From: the human T2T-CHM13v2.0 reference genome, Homo sapiens | DNA length: 64,000 nucleotides | Direction: 5' to 3' (one strand) | Assembly: GCF_009914755.1 (NCBI RefSeq) | Contig: NC_060936.1 | Part shown: positions 1 to 13,431 of the stretch, one piece after another | Position numbering within the stretch: the first letter of the stretch is position 1 | Layout of the letters: each line of letters opens with the position of its first letter | The notes under the pieces: generated by a model | The model's input: the letters and a program-made list of their open reading frames with translations, nothing else | Told to the model about the DNA's origin: nothing | Database searches by the model: none | Made by a program: the position numbers and the translations under genes

Positions 1-313
1 GATGGGCTTTGTTTTGTTGTTGTTATTGTTTAAATGCCTTCTATTTCTGAGGACGTGATTATTAATAAATTCTCCATGTGCTTTAGTGTACTGATTCTGT
101 CCAGTTGCTTTGCTCCCTGGAAAAGAAGGGTTTAGGGGAACAGGGATTCTGAAAGGGGTCAGAACCAAGAAGCATGCTTGCTATAGAGCCAGCCCAGAAC
201 AACGTGTAACCATCACTGACCATATTGTGCCAACATCCTGTGTTTCTGGGTGGCAAATGTGTGTCAGGGGTATGTGTGAGTGTTTTGACCTGCCAGCCAT
301 TTTAGCCTGTGGG

Positions 314-323
314 CTAAAAATAG
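314..323. promoter_or_regulatory. Consensus MEF2 site CTAAAAATAG
   Basis: Exact motif match in non-repeat DNA; function unproven. Confidence 0.3.
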
Positions 324-832
324 GACGGTAATTCAAAGTGTTCTATTTGTGCCTTAAAATGCCATTCTTATGCGGTCCTGTGAGGGGGACATAGATCTTT
401 TTAAAGTAGGTAGGTCAGGCATCAACGGTTTGAGTAAGCTTTTCTTTGGGAGTACTCAGGTTAACATTGGATTGAATTAAGCCTTCAGTTAATATATGTG
501 ACTGGTATAATTACTTCAGTAAGTATATTCATCCTTAATTTAGCAGATACTTTTAGAGCCCATGTGACATAGCAGGCACTTTTTTCTAGACTCCCAGGCT
601 ACAAAAATAAACAGCACACAGTGCCTGCCCTCAAGAAATTCAGGGTCTCCTGACTATCAGAGGGTTAACTTTCACTCAGAACATTTGACACGTTATAAAG
701 TACTTTAAAATATTATTACATTCATTAATATTATTTTATCATTAAAAGTAATATCAAATTTACTGAGCCCTTAACTATATGCCAGACATACGCCAAGCAA
801 CTTATATTCATTATCTCAGTTGACACATACAG

Positions 833-1055
833 TGTGTGATGGTTTAGAGCATGGCTCCTGTAGTTAGATGAACTGGATTTGAATTTAAATCCACCTCAAT
901 CACTAGCTGTGATGACTTCAACATCTCAGTTAATACATCGGTATAAAATGCAGTTGATACTAACACCATCCCCACTGGAAAGCTGTAAGGGTTAAATGAG
1001 TAATTGTATAAAGTACTTAACATAGTTTTTGGTGGAGTAAGTGTTTAATAAATTT
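833..1055 (+). mobile_element. MIR SINE (decayed)
   Basis: MIR core-like text: ggatttgaat..tcactagctgtga..catctcag..taaaatg..gttaaatgagtaat..aaagtactta..gtaagtgtttaataaat. Confidence 0.6.
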
Positions 1056-1424
1056 CAGTTATTCTAACTATCAGCACTCTGAGAAGGGACATTCCTGCAT
1101 ATAGGACTTTCTGTCTTTTGGTACAAATCTTGTGCTTTCCCAAAGATAGAAGAAAACAATAGGAGACGGGAGTAAAAAGTCCAGTTGGTAACTCTTCTGT
1201 AGGAGGAATTTGGTCTTCTTTATCACTAAAAGTTTGTTTCAAGTTAGTATGAAGGCAAATCCTGTCCTTAAATGCTCATCTATGAACACCATAGAAGTTT
1301 GATTTACCCTCACTGGAGGCTGGGTTAGTCCCCATTAATCTTAAGGGGCTGGTTTGGTCTCCTTTGTAAGAACAGCCCAGAATGAGCAAAACAAATGTGC
1401 TATTTCTACTCCTCTATTAATACC

Positions 1425-2139
<715 letters not shown>

Positions 2140-3506
2140 ATGTCTTACACCGAATAAGCCACTTATGGTCTATTCTCCCTCCATCCTAACCTCAAAAGCA
2201 CCTAAAATACCACCTTCCTTTCAATTGCACATTGATATCTGGATAAAGGGAACGGGAATGGTTATATATGATCAGCCTCCAGCTTAGCACGGTGTAATTT
2301 TAGGGTCATAATTTCATCAGCAAACTATATGGGAATAATCTTTTATTCTGGTAAGAATTGTCAGTTTTTTGGGTGTTGTTTTTGACCAAGCAGGTATGTT
2401 TGTGGCTTAAATTGATTTATTACACATTTTTTGTCCTTAGTTTTATACAGCAGGAGACATAATTTCATGGGTCCTTTTTTCATGTTTTAGCCATATTTCA
2501 AATGGCTGAAATTTCCTCCAATTAAGAAGTTAAAATAGTGAATGAGAGATGTCAGCGTAAGTAATAGATTCTGGTCAGTCACTCACATGCCAGAATAAGA
2601 TAATTTGCTCACTTTAGTACTAAAGAGAAAATCCTAAGCTAATAAGAAAACCTGAATGGACTGGAACGGGGCATGGGGGGTGGCAGATGGAGACAGAATT
2701 AGCAAAGAGGGGAATTATATATAGGACAGAACTTAGAATAACTGAGAATACAGACAGAAATTGGATAAATATTTGAGGAAAGAGAGGAAACACTAAAAAT
2801 GGCTGTGAATTTAAAAAGATGCTCTTTATAGTATTCAGTCTCTAAGCTTATAGATACTCGAGACATGGGGAATTTGAAAAAGAGTGTGGCCCTCTCCTAT
2901 TTTCTATTATGAGTAAAAATTTCAAATCATATTGGTCAGTATAAAATAAAAAATTTTAATTGAATAGAAACCACAATAAAAACAAGGTTCCAGCATTTAT
3001 TTCTTGAGATATGACATGAGGGGTGTTATGTGAAATATGGGAGGTGGGGCCCATTCAGAGGCGCTGTCCGTGCTTGCTTGCAACCTCTGATGCTTCAGAG
3101 TCACTGGAGAAGAGAGATGGTTAATTGAGACCGGACCTAGTTTTTGCCAGTGTTATCATCAACAAGGAAGACATTTTCTGTTATCAGAAAATTAATTTGG
3201 CCAATGTAGTCCAAAAAACACTGAACTAGCTACTCACCTTGGAAAATCATTAAAGTTTGCCACATTACCAGTTTCTGATCTGTGAAATGAAAAGGTTGGC
3301 CTTCCTCTTTAAATGCTGATAGAAGAAACACTGTGGACTGTTGGTTTATGACAATTTTTACTGATCTGTGGCCAAATTAAATTTAAAAGAATATAATGTA
3401 ATGCATTTTTTATAAAGCTAAATTTATACAATTTTTAACTTCAAAGATTATGCCTGTTCTGTTTTATTGTATGAGAATGTCCTTTCTCTTATGAAATGAT
3501 AATAAA

Positions 3507-5410
3507 GGCAGATGGTTTATTTATTAATATCCTTATTTGAAATTAATTAACCTTAATTTCCTTATTTATTAATATCCTTATTTATTAATATCCTTATTTA
3601 TTTATTAGTATCTGTATTTTAAAAATTAAGGGTATTGGTTAATAATTAGTAATTATTAATATATTTGACAACCTTGTCACAGTCCCCTCATGGTTTTTAA
3701 AAATCTAAAATTCTGATGCCTCTCAGTTACATAATTTCTAGTATTTCATCTACTTCTGAAGTTTAACTGTTTTGTGATTTAGAGTAATGTTATAGAGAAT
3801 ATGTTGAGGAGTTCCCTCTAAGCCATTTATTCAAAGGTTTTTATGTCTTGGGACATGACTTTCCACATCTGCTCAGTTTCAGCAGACAGACCCAGACAGG
3901 GAAGGCACGGCTCTTGAACATGATTCAGCCCCTGGGATGAGGCAGGAAAGGGAGGAAGTCCTTCTGTCATGGGACCAGCTCTGTGGACAGTCTGGCAGTG
4001 GCCCTAGGAAGTGGTCAGAAAGCACTGGTGTGGGACCTCCATGGGAGGTAATGAAACATCCTCATAAGCATCAGGAATAGGCGATGCTTAGAAGTTCACG
4101 TGGGTAATCAGCAACAAAAAATATGCATCAGGAGAAAATGGGGTCCTGTCCACTGAGAAGGGTGACATGAGCAATGCCAGACTTCCCTCTTCAGTGGGTG
4201 TAGTACAGGTGGCTTACCAAGAGAGGCTGCAGTCCAGGAGAGCAGGTTAGATGTTTGTCCGTCCACATGAAGTCATGAGGTGAGACTCAGGAACTGAGTA
4301 GAAGCTTCAGATCAAAACTGAAGTTCAAGGCTAGTCTCAGACTTCCAGCAAAGGTGACTAATACTGATTCTAGATTGTTGAGTTAGGCTAATTAAACGTC
4401 TCTATTCACAGATCTGGCAGATGATAGTTTTATTTAATATCCTTATTTGATAAAATTTAGAGTATGAATTTTAATTATTAGTATTCGTACTTGACAACCC
4501 TCTGAGAATCTCCTTAATGTTTTTTAGATATCTAAAATTCTGTCCATGTCCGTTGACGAATGAATAAACAAAATGTGGGGTGTACATACAATGCAATATT
4601 ATTCACCCTTAAAAAAGAAGGAAATTCTGACACATTCTCCATGGATAAACCTTGAGAACATTATGCTAAATAAAAGAAGCAATCACCAAAAAAGACAACT
4701 ACTGTATAGTTTCACTTACATGGGGTACCTAGAGGAGTCAAACTCATAGAAACAGAAAGTAGATTGGTGATTGTCAGGGGTTTGGGGGAGGGAAAACTAG
4801 GAAGTTATTATTTAGTGGGTAGAGAGTTTTAATTTTGCAAGATGAAAAAGAGTTGTGGAGATTGATTGCACAACAGTGTGACTGTACTTAACACTACTGA
4901 ACTGTACAGTTAAAAATGGTTACAATGGTAAATTTTATGTTTATTTTACCACAATTCTTTGAAAGTATATACAAAAGTATATCAGCGAAAGCAGCCAGAT
5001 ACAAAAGCCAGATACAAAAAAGCAGCCAGATATTATATGAGTCCAGAAAAACAAATCTGTAGAGTCAGAAAGTCAATTAGGGGTTGCCGGAACTAGAGAA
5101 TGGGAATGTGGAGTGGCTGCTAATAGGCATGAGGGATTTGGCGGGGGAGGAGGAGAAATATTCCAAAGCAGGACTGTGGTGGTGGTTACACAAGTCTATG
5201 ATTTTACTGAGAGTAATTAAATTGTATACTTAAAACAGATGAATTTCATAGCATTTAAATTAAACCTAAGTAACTGTTTAAAAATAGTTATTTGGGAGGA
5301 AAAATTCTTAAAATTCTGGTGCCACAATGTAATATAATTTCTAAGATTTCACCTACCACTAAAGTTCAATTGTTTTGTGATTTGAAGTAGTATTATACAG
5401 ATTATGTTGA
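3507..5410 (+). repeat. Ancient local duplication: copy A 3507-3807; copy B 4416-4542 plus 5309-5410
   Basis: Collinear similarity read directly; distal ~95 nt align ungapped at ~78% by hand. Confidence 0.8.
4543..5290 (+). mobile_element. Two L1M (L1MB-like) 3'-end fragments in tandem
   Basis: tgaataaacaaaatgtgg..aaggaaattctgacaca..accttgagaacattatgctaa..agtcaaactcatagaaacagaaagtaga..actgtacagttaaaaatggtta; second 3' fragment from ~4990. Confidence 0.8.
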
Positions 5411-5799
5411 ACTGGACAAGGTTGAGCCGTCTAATTGGATGTAGGTAGCTTCAGATTTTGAGGGTCTAGATAACAGAAATCACGGAGTATCCAGGAATCA
5501 AGCACAGGCATGTTGGTTTGTTTAACATTCTCATAGAATAATACACTAGAGAAGCAGGAAAGCACAACTTGGGCTTCTCGAAGAACCATTCTAAAAACAC
5601 TAGTGCATAAGTAAGCATGCAATTTTCACAGTTCTAAGATCAAGTGCACCTGAATATATATGTGATGGGTCCTCATCCTGAATGTATCTGTCATGCATTG
5701 CTGTCATGACCATCTTAAGCACAAAAAAAAAGTCTCTAGCTTCATAACAAGAATTATTTTCTAAGAATGGCAAGACGAAAAGAAAAACAATTTTAAATC

Positions 5800-8310
5800 A
5801 AGTATAGAATGTTGCTGCCAGTTAAGATATAGAGGGTCATAAAAGATTGCCAAACATACTCTAATAAAAACTAAAGACAAAAAACCAGATAAGCTACAAC
5901 ATCACAATTTTTTCAAATCAATCAGAGAGCTAAGGAAGCAAGGAAACCTGTGTGGCCTAAACTCTAGAAAGTGAAAAGCCCTTCATAAACAAGAAAAGGC
6001 TAATGGGTATTCTTGTCCTTAGTGCAATGGAGGGGGGAGAAAGAATATGACATAGATGAAGGGGGAGAAATCAGCTAAAATTTTAATAAATATTTAGCAG
6101 CTAATTTTGAACTGAAATTAACATTATAATTCCAAGGAGCCCAAGCCACAGAATAAATCTATATTCGCTCCCCATTTCTTTATTATGCATCTTTACCTGA
6201 TACTTGGGACAGAACAGACAGCTGAGAAAAATCAATCCAAGATATTCTATGTGGGACAAGAGAGTTGCATAAGGCCCCCCCGACAAGCATTTACAGCAGA
6301 ATGAGATCTCCCAAGGTACAAAAGCCTGGGCAAGTATGAATATCAGAGCAAACTTTCCAACTGTGTAGAGAGCTGACATCCAGACTCTAAACTAGACAGA
6401 GACTTCCTACAGTTTGGAAAGCTGGTTGTTTGGATGTAAAGCATGAGGATAATTCTGGGACTTCATGAGAGCTCACATCCAAAGTTTACAGGGAGAAAGT
6501 CTTGATCCTACTCTAAAAGCATTTGAACTCAGTGATAAACTGACCCAAACCAAAACTGCAAGAAAATTTAGGCTCAGATTAGCAGTATATCAGATTGACT
6601 GAACTCCTCAATTAGCAGCCTGATTCAAGAAGGATAATGATTTCTATGGAGGTAAATATTATTTACTTCAGTCTCTACCATTCTTTTATACAAAATGTCT
6701 AACATAAAAAATTATGGGACACACAAAGAAGCAAGAAATATGGCCTGTGGGCAAAAGAGAAAATAGTGAATAAATGCAGAATATTAGGTGATAATATTGT
6801 CAGATCAGGATTTTTAAACTACTATAATAGAAATATCAAAGAATATAGTAAAAAGGGAGTAAAATAAATGGGAAGAGATGGGTAATTTCAGCAGACATGG
6901 AAACTATAAAAAATAATCAAGCAGAAATAAAAATACAATATCAAAAAAGAATTCATCAGGTAGACTTTGCAACAGACTGGACTAAGTAGAGAGAATAATG
7001 AATAAATCTAAAGACAAATCTATAGAAAGTATCTGAACTGAAACAAAAGGTGAAAAAACTAGTGGAGAAAAAACAGCACCTGAGATCTTTGGGACAAAAT
7101 CAAACAACCTAACATATGTATAATTGGAGTTTGAAAAAGAGATGACAGAGAGAAAGGGGAAGAAGTATTGGAAAGGTAATGACTGAGAATTTTCCAAAAT
7201 GTATTAAAGATATCCCAAATAGCCAAGAAGTTCAGTGAACTACAAATGGTCCTATAACAGCTAGATATCCCTATAGAACAAAATGAACTTTGACCGTTTT
7301 CTCACTCTTTCTGCAAAACTAATTCAAGATATGTCATATAACTAAATGTAAAATCCAGAACCATAATGTTCTTTAAAAATATAGTGATATATCTCCTCTG
7401 CCATGAGGTAGACAAATATTTACTGGACAAGATAAAAAATGTGCTAGCCATAAAAAAAGAACATTTAAATTGGAACTTATCAACATTAAATTTTTCTCAT
7501 CAAAAGACATCATGAAAAAAAAAATAGGTGCGCCACAAACTGGAAAAACATATTTAAGTGTATGTCTGACAAAGAACTTTTATCTATTGTATGTGATAAC
7601 CATAGGTCACATTTGGCAAGCTTCCAAATTCATCCAGCTGGGGGAGGTCTTGTGATTCATGGCAGCATCCTGTCCCTAAGTAAGGAATCTTATCATGAGT
7701 TGCTGACATACTGATTTATGTATAAACTACTGGCATTGAAAAGGATGTTGGCTTGTTCCTGAATCATGAAATTTTACTGGTTTGTTTCTGAATCATGGCG
7801 TTTTACCAGTTGTCTTGCAGGCAGGCATTTTAGCCTGTATGTTGCAATCTGTAGCCAATGACTGTAACCTCTATATTGTACCCTTCAATGAAAAAGAACA
7901 ACTCAGGTATGAGGAGTCCGCCTCCTTTCTCTTAAACTTTCTTATGAAAGTCATCCAACTTGTAACAGACCCTAGAACACTCCCAACTTCGGTGTGTCTT
8001 CCTGGGTCGATCCTTACATTTGGTTTCCAATAAACCTTTATCAAATTATTTCTTCCTCAACAACCTTGATTTCAGTGGACATATACAACTACAAACCAAC
8101 AACAACCATAAGAAAAATGAACAATTTTAACAAATGAAAGATTTAAGTGGACAGTTCACAATAGAAATTATATGAATGCCCTATGGTTAAATGAAAAGTT
8201 TTCTATTAACAGAGAAATGGCAATTAAAACAAAGCCATTTCGTAACCACTAGAATGGCTAAAAGAAAAACTGACACCACCAAATATAGACAAGGACGTGG
8301 AGCAAGAAGA
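5800..8310 (+). mobile_element. Old L1M: 5' region and ORF1 remnant joined to ORF2 3' remnant, split by an LTR
   Basis: A-rich; ORF1-like tgggacaaaatcaaacaacctaacatatgtataattggagt..gactgagaattttccaaaat; jumps at ~7245 to late ORF2-like text; resumes after 8081. Confidence 0.6.
7592..8081 (+). mobile_element. Solo LTR (LTR47-like, ERVL class)
   Basis: TG...CA termini, AATAAA at 8029-8034, interrupts the L1; family recalled from memory. Confidence 0.65.
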
Positions 8311-8614
8311 AGAGAAGAAGAAACATTAAGTAAAAATAACAACTTCTCCTCAATGTCTTCACCAGTAAAAAATATTTACATGCAAGGTGAAGAATGAGAT
8401 GAGAAAATACATGGAAAGTGTTTTGGCACCTAGTGCATGCCCAGGACAGGTTTGCTTTTAGTAGCACCACCTTATGCATAAGTGGGAAGGGAAGAACTGG
8501 CATTGGTGCCAAATGGGTATGCACGACTTGCTCCTCTCCTATTGCAGAGCTTGCTCAAATGTCACCTTTTCCATGATGCCTTCTCAAACCATCCTACTTA
8601 AAACTGCAATGTCT

Positions 8615-8976
<362 letters not shown>

Positions 8977-9078
8977 TTATTTTTCTCCAGAGCATTTTAT
9001 CATCTGTGCTACACTGTATTTTCCTTATCGTTCATTTATGGCATCTTCTCTTCCAAATATTTTTATAAGTTTTATCAG

Positions 9079-9538
9079 TGTAGAGTGGGTTGAATGGTGC
9101 CCTCCCAAAAAAAGATATGTTCACCGAGAACCTGAGAATATGAACTGATTTGGAAAAGGGGTCTTTGCAGATATATTTAAGTATTTTAAGAAGAAGTCAT
9201 CCTGGATTAGGGTGAGCCCTAAACCCAATGACAAATGTTCTTATAAGAGAAGAGAGGAGAAGACATGCAGAGGAGAAGGGTGATATAAAGACGGAGGTGG
9301 AGATTGGAGTCACACATCTACAAGCGAAGGAGCACCAAGGGTTGCTGGCAGCCTCCAGAAACCAGGAGAGAGAGAGGCACGGAATGAATTGTCCCTCAGC
9401 CTCCAGAAGAACCACCCTTGCTGACACCTTAATTTTGGACTTTTTGCCCTCTGAAACTGTGAAGGAATAAATTTCTGTTGTTTTAAGCCACCTAGTTTTT
9501 GTTGATTTGTTGTGAAGAACGTAACTGGAAACTATTAT
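9079..9538 (+). mobile_element. MaLR solo LTR (MLT1C-like)
   Basis: gggttgaatggtgccc..aaaaggggtctttgcagat..catcctggattagggtgagccctaaa..ataaatttctgttgttttaagccac. Confidence 0.85.
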
Positions 9539-9696
9539 GGAGAGTAAGAATTTTTGTGTATTTTTGTTCTTTTATGTAACCTCAGTGCCTAGAAAGGAGC
9601 TGGGTTTGTGATAGGCTTTCAGTAACTATTTGTTGAATGAAAACCTGGCACCCAAAATGTCCCAGTATGGCCATGGAAGCACCTTGTCCACCCTAG

Positions 9697-9898
9697 CAGG
9701 TGTCAGCAAAATTTTTCTATTGAGGGCCAGATAGTAACTGTTTTCAACTTTGTGGGCCACATGGCTTCTGTCTCAACCATTCAACTCTGCCATTGTAGTG
9801 CCAAAGCAGCCATAAACAACACATAAATGAATGAGCATTACCATGTTCCATAAAATTTATTCCAAAAACCAGTGGTGTGCTAAGTCTGCTGACTTCTG
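9697..9898 (+). mobile_element. MER58A hAT-Charlie DNA transposon remnant
   Basis: caggtgtcagcaaa...tgctgacttctg TIRs; gggccagatagtaa, caactctgccattgtagtgccaaagcagccata. Confidence 0.8.
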
Positions 9899-11775
9899 GA
9901 CACTGGCAGGCAACCTCTCAATCTCAAGAGCAGCTTCTTTCCTGCCAAGAGCTGTCCGGCAGCCATCTTAGCTGGGCACATTAGCATGATCTGTTGGACA
10001 AAAGCAAGCTGCTTTTAGAAAATCCTGATGCATTTAAGGTGGAACATGGGAATTCATTGAAGGAGGAAGGGTTTCTCAATTTTTAATTTTATATTAGAGA
10101 CGTTTTGCTCTGGTGTGTGCAAGATTTACGCAAGGTATTTTTGACATTAATGGATGGTACAGGGTGGGATGCGGGCAAACTCCTTGGTCAAGCTATTATC
10201 ACCCAGTGATAGGAGGGTACTGACTTCCTCTGACTTCAGGGTGCTGGACCAACTGGCTTATAGGACTCGATGCTTGGGATTGGAGGCTCTAACTCAGATT
10301 GACTTATCGGTTCCCCTAAAGCCAGAAACCTCAAATGCTTCTTTCTTTCCTTTCTACCTTGATATGAAAGCTCAGACAATTCAACAGATGAATAGAAGGA
10401 AAGTGGAAAGATGCATTTTTAAAGGATGCAGGTTTAGGAATGAGAATATTTACATCTTCTGTTTATCCACACCACTCTAGCTCAGTAGACTAGAGTTCTT
10501 TGACAGAAGGGTGCTTTGTTTTATTCACATTGCAAGTTTCGTATATTAATGGACACATAATAAAGAATGAATGACTGAATGAATAAATAATTGAATAAGT
10601 TATTTAGATAAATGCATATTTACATACACACCCATTATTTAGATAGATAGATGCATATTTACATATACACACACGTTCCCAAATATACAGAAAATATTTT
10701 TTATACAATATAGAATTTCTTTACCGTAGCATGTCTCATCCTCAAAATATTCTATAATTATTTATAGTTTTCATCTTTGCAAAGAATCAGATTGTTGCTA
10801 AACTGTACACGGTAATATGTACAAAAATCACACTGATGTTCTTCTGAGCCAAGAAGCATCTCTATGGGTGCATACATAATATGAGGGTCTACATTCCATC
10901 CGCCAAGCCAAAGGCTTTTAGAGACATGATATTGATACACCAAAGTCCCTCTTAGATAACATGTGAACTCTCTGGGCCTGTCGGGAAAGCTGGGTCAGAA
11001 TCAGCAAGAGAATCTAAGCAATAATGCTTGTCTGTATGAGCCCCAAGCTGTGCAGCTCAGGAGTGAGCCTGTGGGTGGATTTTCCTTCAGTATAAAGGTT
11101 TTGGCTGGCCATAGAGGGGATATCTTGGGAGCTAGAGACCAGTGCCCCTTGGTGACCAGAATCTCTCCCAGCACCAGCAAGGAAGCTCTCGGGGATGGTC
11201 TCCCCCAAAGCTGTGATGTGACCTGCTGCAGCATAGAGTCCAAATTTGGACACGTGATGCCAGTAGTGTTACACAAGGGCAGAGGCACACAGGAGCAAGA
11301 GTGAGCAGGTCCAGTAGAATCTGAGAACATACTGGTGGGGCTTGTTATAATGCCTGAGCTATTGAAATTCAGGGCAGTTAGAGGGCTGGAGACGAACCTT
11401 TTATGCTGCTCTGTGATCGTGAAGGACTAGCATACACGCTAGTGTAGCCCTTTAGAGAAATAACATGTAAATATTTCTCAAGAGAAGAAAGAGCACTTTT
11501 TCAAAGTTAGTTATACGGGATAGAATGCTCAGGCAGATTTCATTGCATGCCCAAAGTAATCCCGTTCCTTCCACCCTGTTTTCCAGCATGGGCTACTGCA
11601 TCCTTTGTGTACACGGACTGAGCAAGCTCTTGCACTTGACTGAATTAAAGTGGGGCCCCACCCTGATTGTGTCCACTGTGTTGCTGCTGCTGCTTTTCTC
11701 TTGGAAAACTGAAACAGAACAAATTTGGCTGTCCAGAAAGTCCCTATATAGATATGATTAGACTTATAAAAGTAA

Positions 11776-12042
11776 TTTTTTTTTTTTAGACAGAGTCTTG
11801 CACTGGAGTGCAGTGGCATGATCTCAGCTCACTGTAACTCCTGCCTCCTGGGTTCAAGAGATTCTCCTGCCTCAGCCTCCCTAAGCAGCTGGGATTACAG
11901 GCGACTGCCATCACGCCCAGCTAATTTTTCATATTTTTAGTACAGACGGGGTTTCACCATGTGACCACTCCTGACCACGTGATTCACCTGCCTCGGCCTC
12001 CCAAAGTGCTGGGATTACAGGCGTGAGCCATGGTGCCCAGCC
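11776..12042 (-). mobile_element. AluS with two small internal deletions
   Basis: Reverse Alu with T-tract; TSD aaaagtaa on both sides. Confidence 0.93.
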
Positions 12043-12240
12043 AAAAGTAAATCTCTTAATGTTCTCACCACAAAAAATACAAGTATGTCAGGTAATGGAT
12101 ATGTTAATTAGCTTGGTTTAATCATTTTACAATATATATATATATGTATACCAAAACATCACATTGTATCCCATAAATATATACAATTATTATTTGTCAG
12201 TTAAAAGTAAGTAATTATATAAATAAATAACAGTAAATAA
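12043..12240 (+). mobile_element. L1MA 3'-end fragment
   Basis: tgttctcaccacaaaaaa..ggtaatggatatgttaattagcttg..aaaacatcacattgta..ataaatatatacaatt. Confidence 0.8.
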
Positions 12241-13076
12241 TAATACATTTTAAACATTATAATGAATTAATAAATCTTAATCCAAGAACTTAAAGAAAAA
12301 TAAATCACCATTTATTTCTTTGCTTACATGTCTCTTTACACACTAGGTAATATGGAACTGGTAATATCTATTAATCAAGAAAATGTAGTTTAGTAGTGCT
12401 CTGAATGGAAGATATAATTTATTTAAGATCTTTAATTTTTTCAGATGATATGATATGAAATCCAACAACCTGCTTCTAAAGTGAATTTATGAAGAAAAGG
12501 CCAGTGGGAAGGTTTTTGAGTCTGTGAATTCAAATGGAGACAGTATTAATGATGAGTGGGGCTGTAAAATCATCTATAAACAAAATAAAACCTATAAACC
12601 TAATTTCATTGTTCAGTCAAGCAATAGGCACAGGTGTTCCCACAGAAGGAAGAAAAAGAAATGCAGTACATTTTCTTTAGAATATTCCAAGATGTTAAGT
12701 TGGGCTCTGTTGCCTAGGTGCTAAATGAGGAAAGACTTTTTCATGTCCTGATGTTTTTTTATGTGGTAGAAGCTGTTTCTAAAATATAATAATGTTGATC
12801 TTTAACCACTTCATTTAGATATGTCTGACGTATAGAAACCTGTACATATTCATTGTATACATCTCAGTGAGTTTGGGGTTAGATGTACACCTATGAAACC
12901 ATCACCACTGTCAAGGCCATAATCATATCCACCACTTCCCAAAGTCTCCTCCTGCCCCTTTTCTTGTTGGGTTTTGTGTGTGTGCGTACAGTAAGAACTC
13001 TTAACATAAGATCTACCAGCTTAGCAAATTTTAAGGATGCAATACAGTATTATTAGTTTTAGGCACTATGCATTAG

Positions 13077-13431
<355 letters not shown>

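Noticed and set aside
10600-10674. Short tandem duplication (tatttagata..atgcatatttacata); similar ones at 54009-54052 and 40107-40143
   Set aside because: Ordinary slippage products in AT-rich DNA
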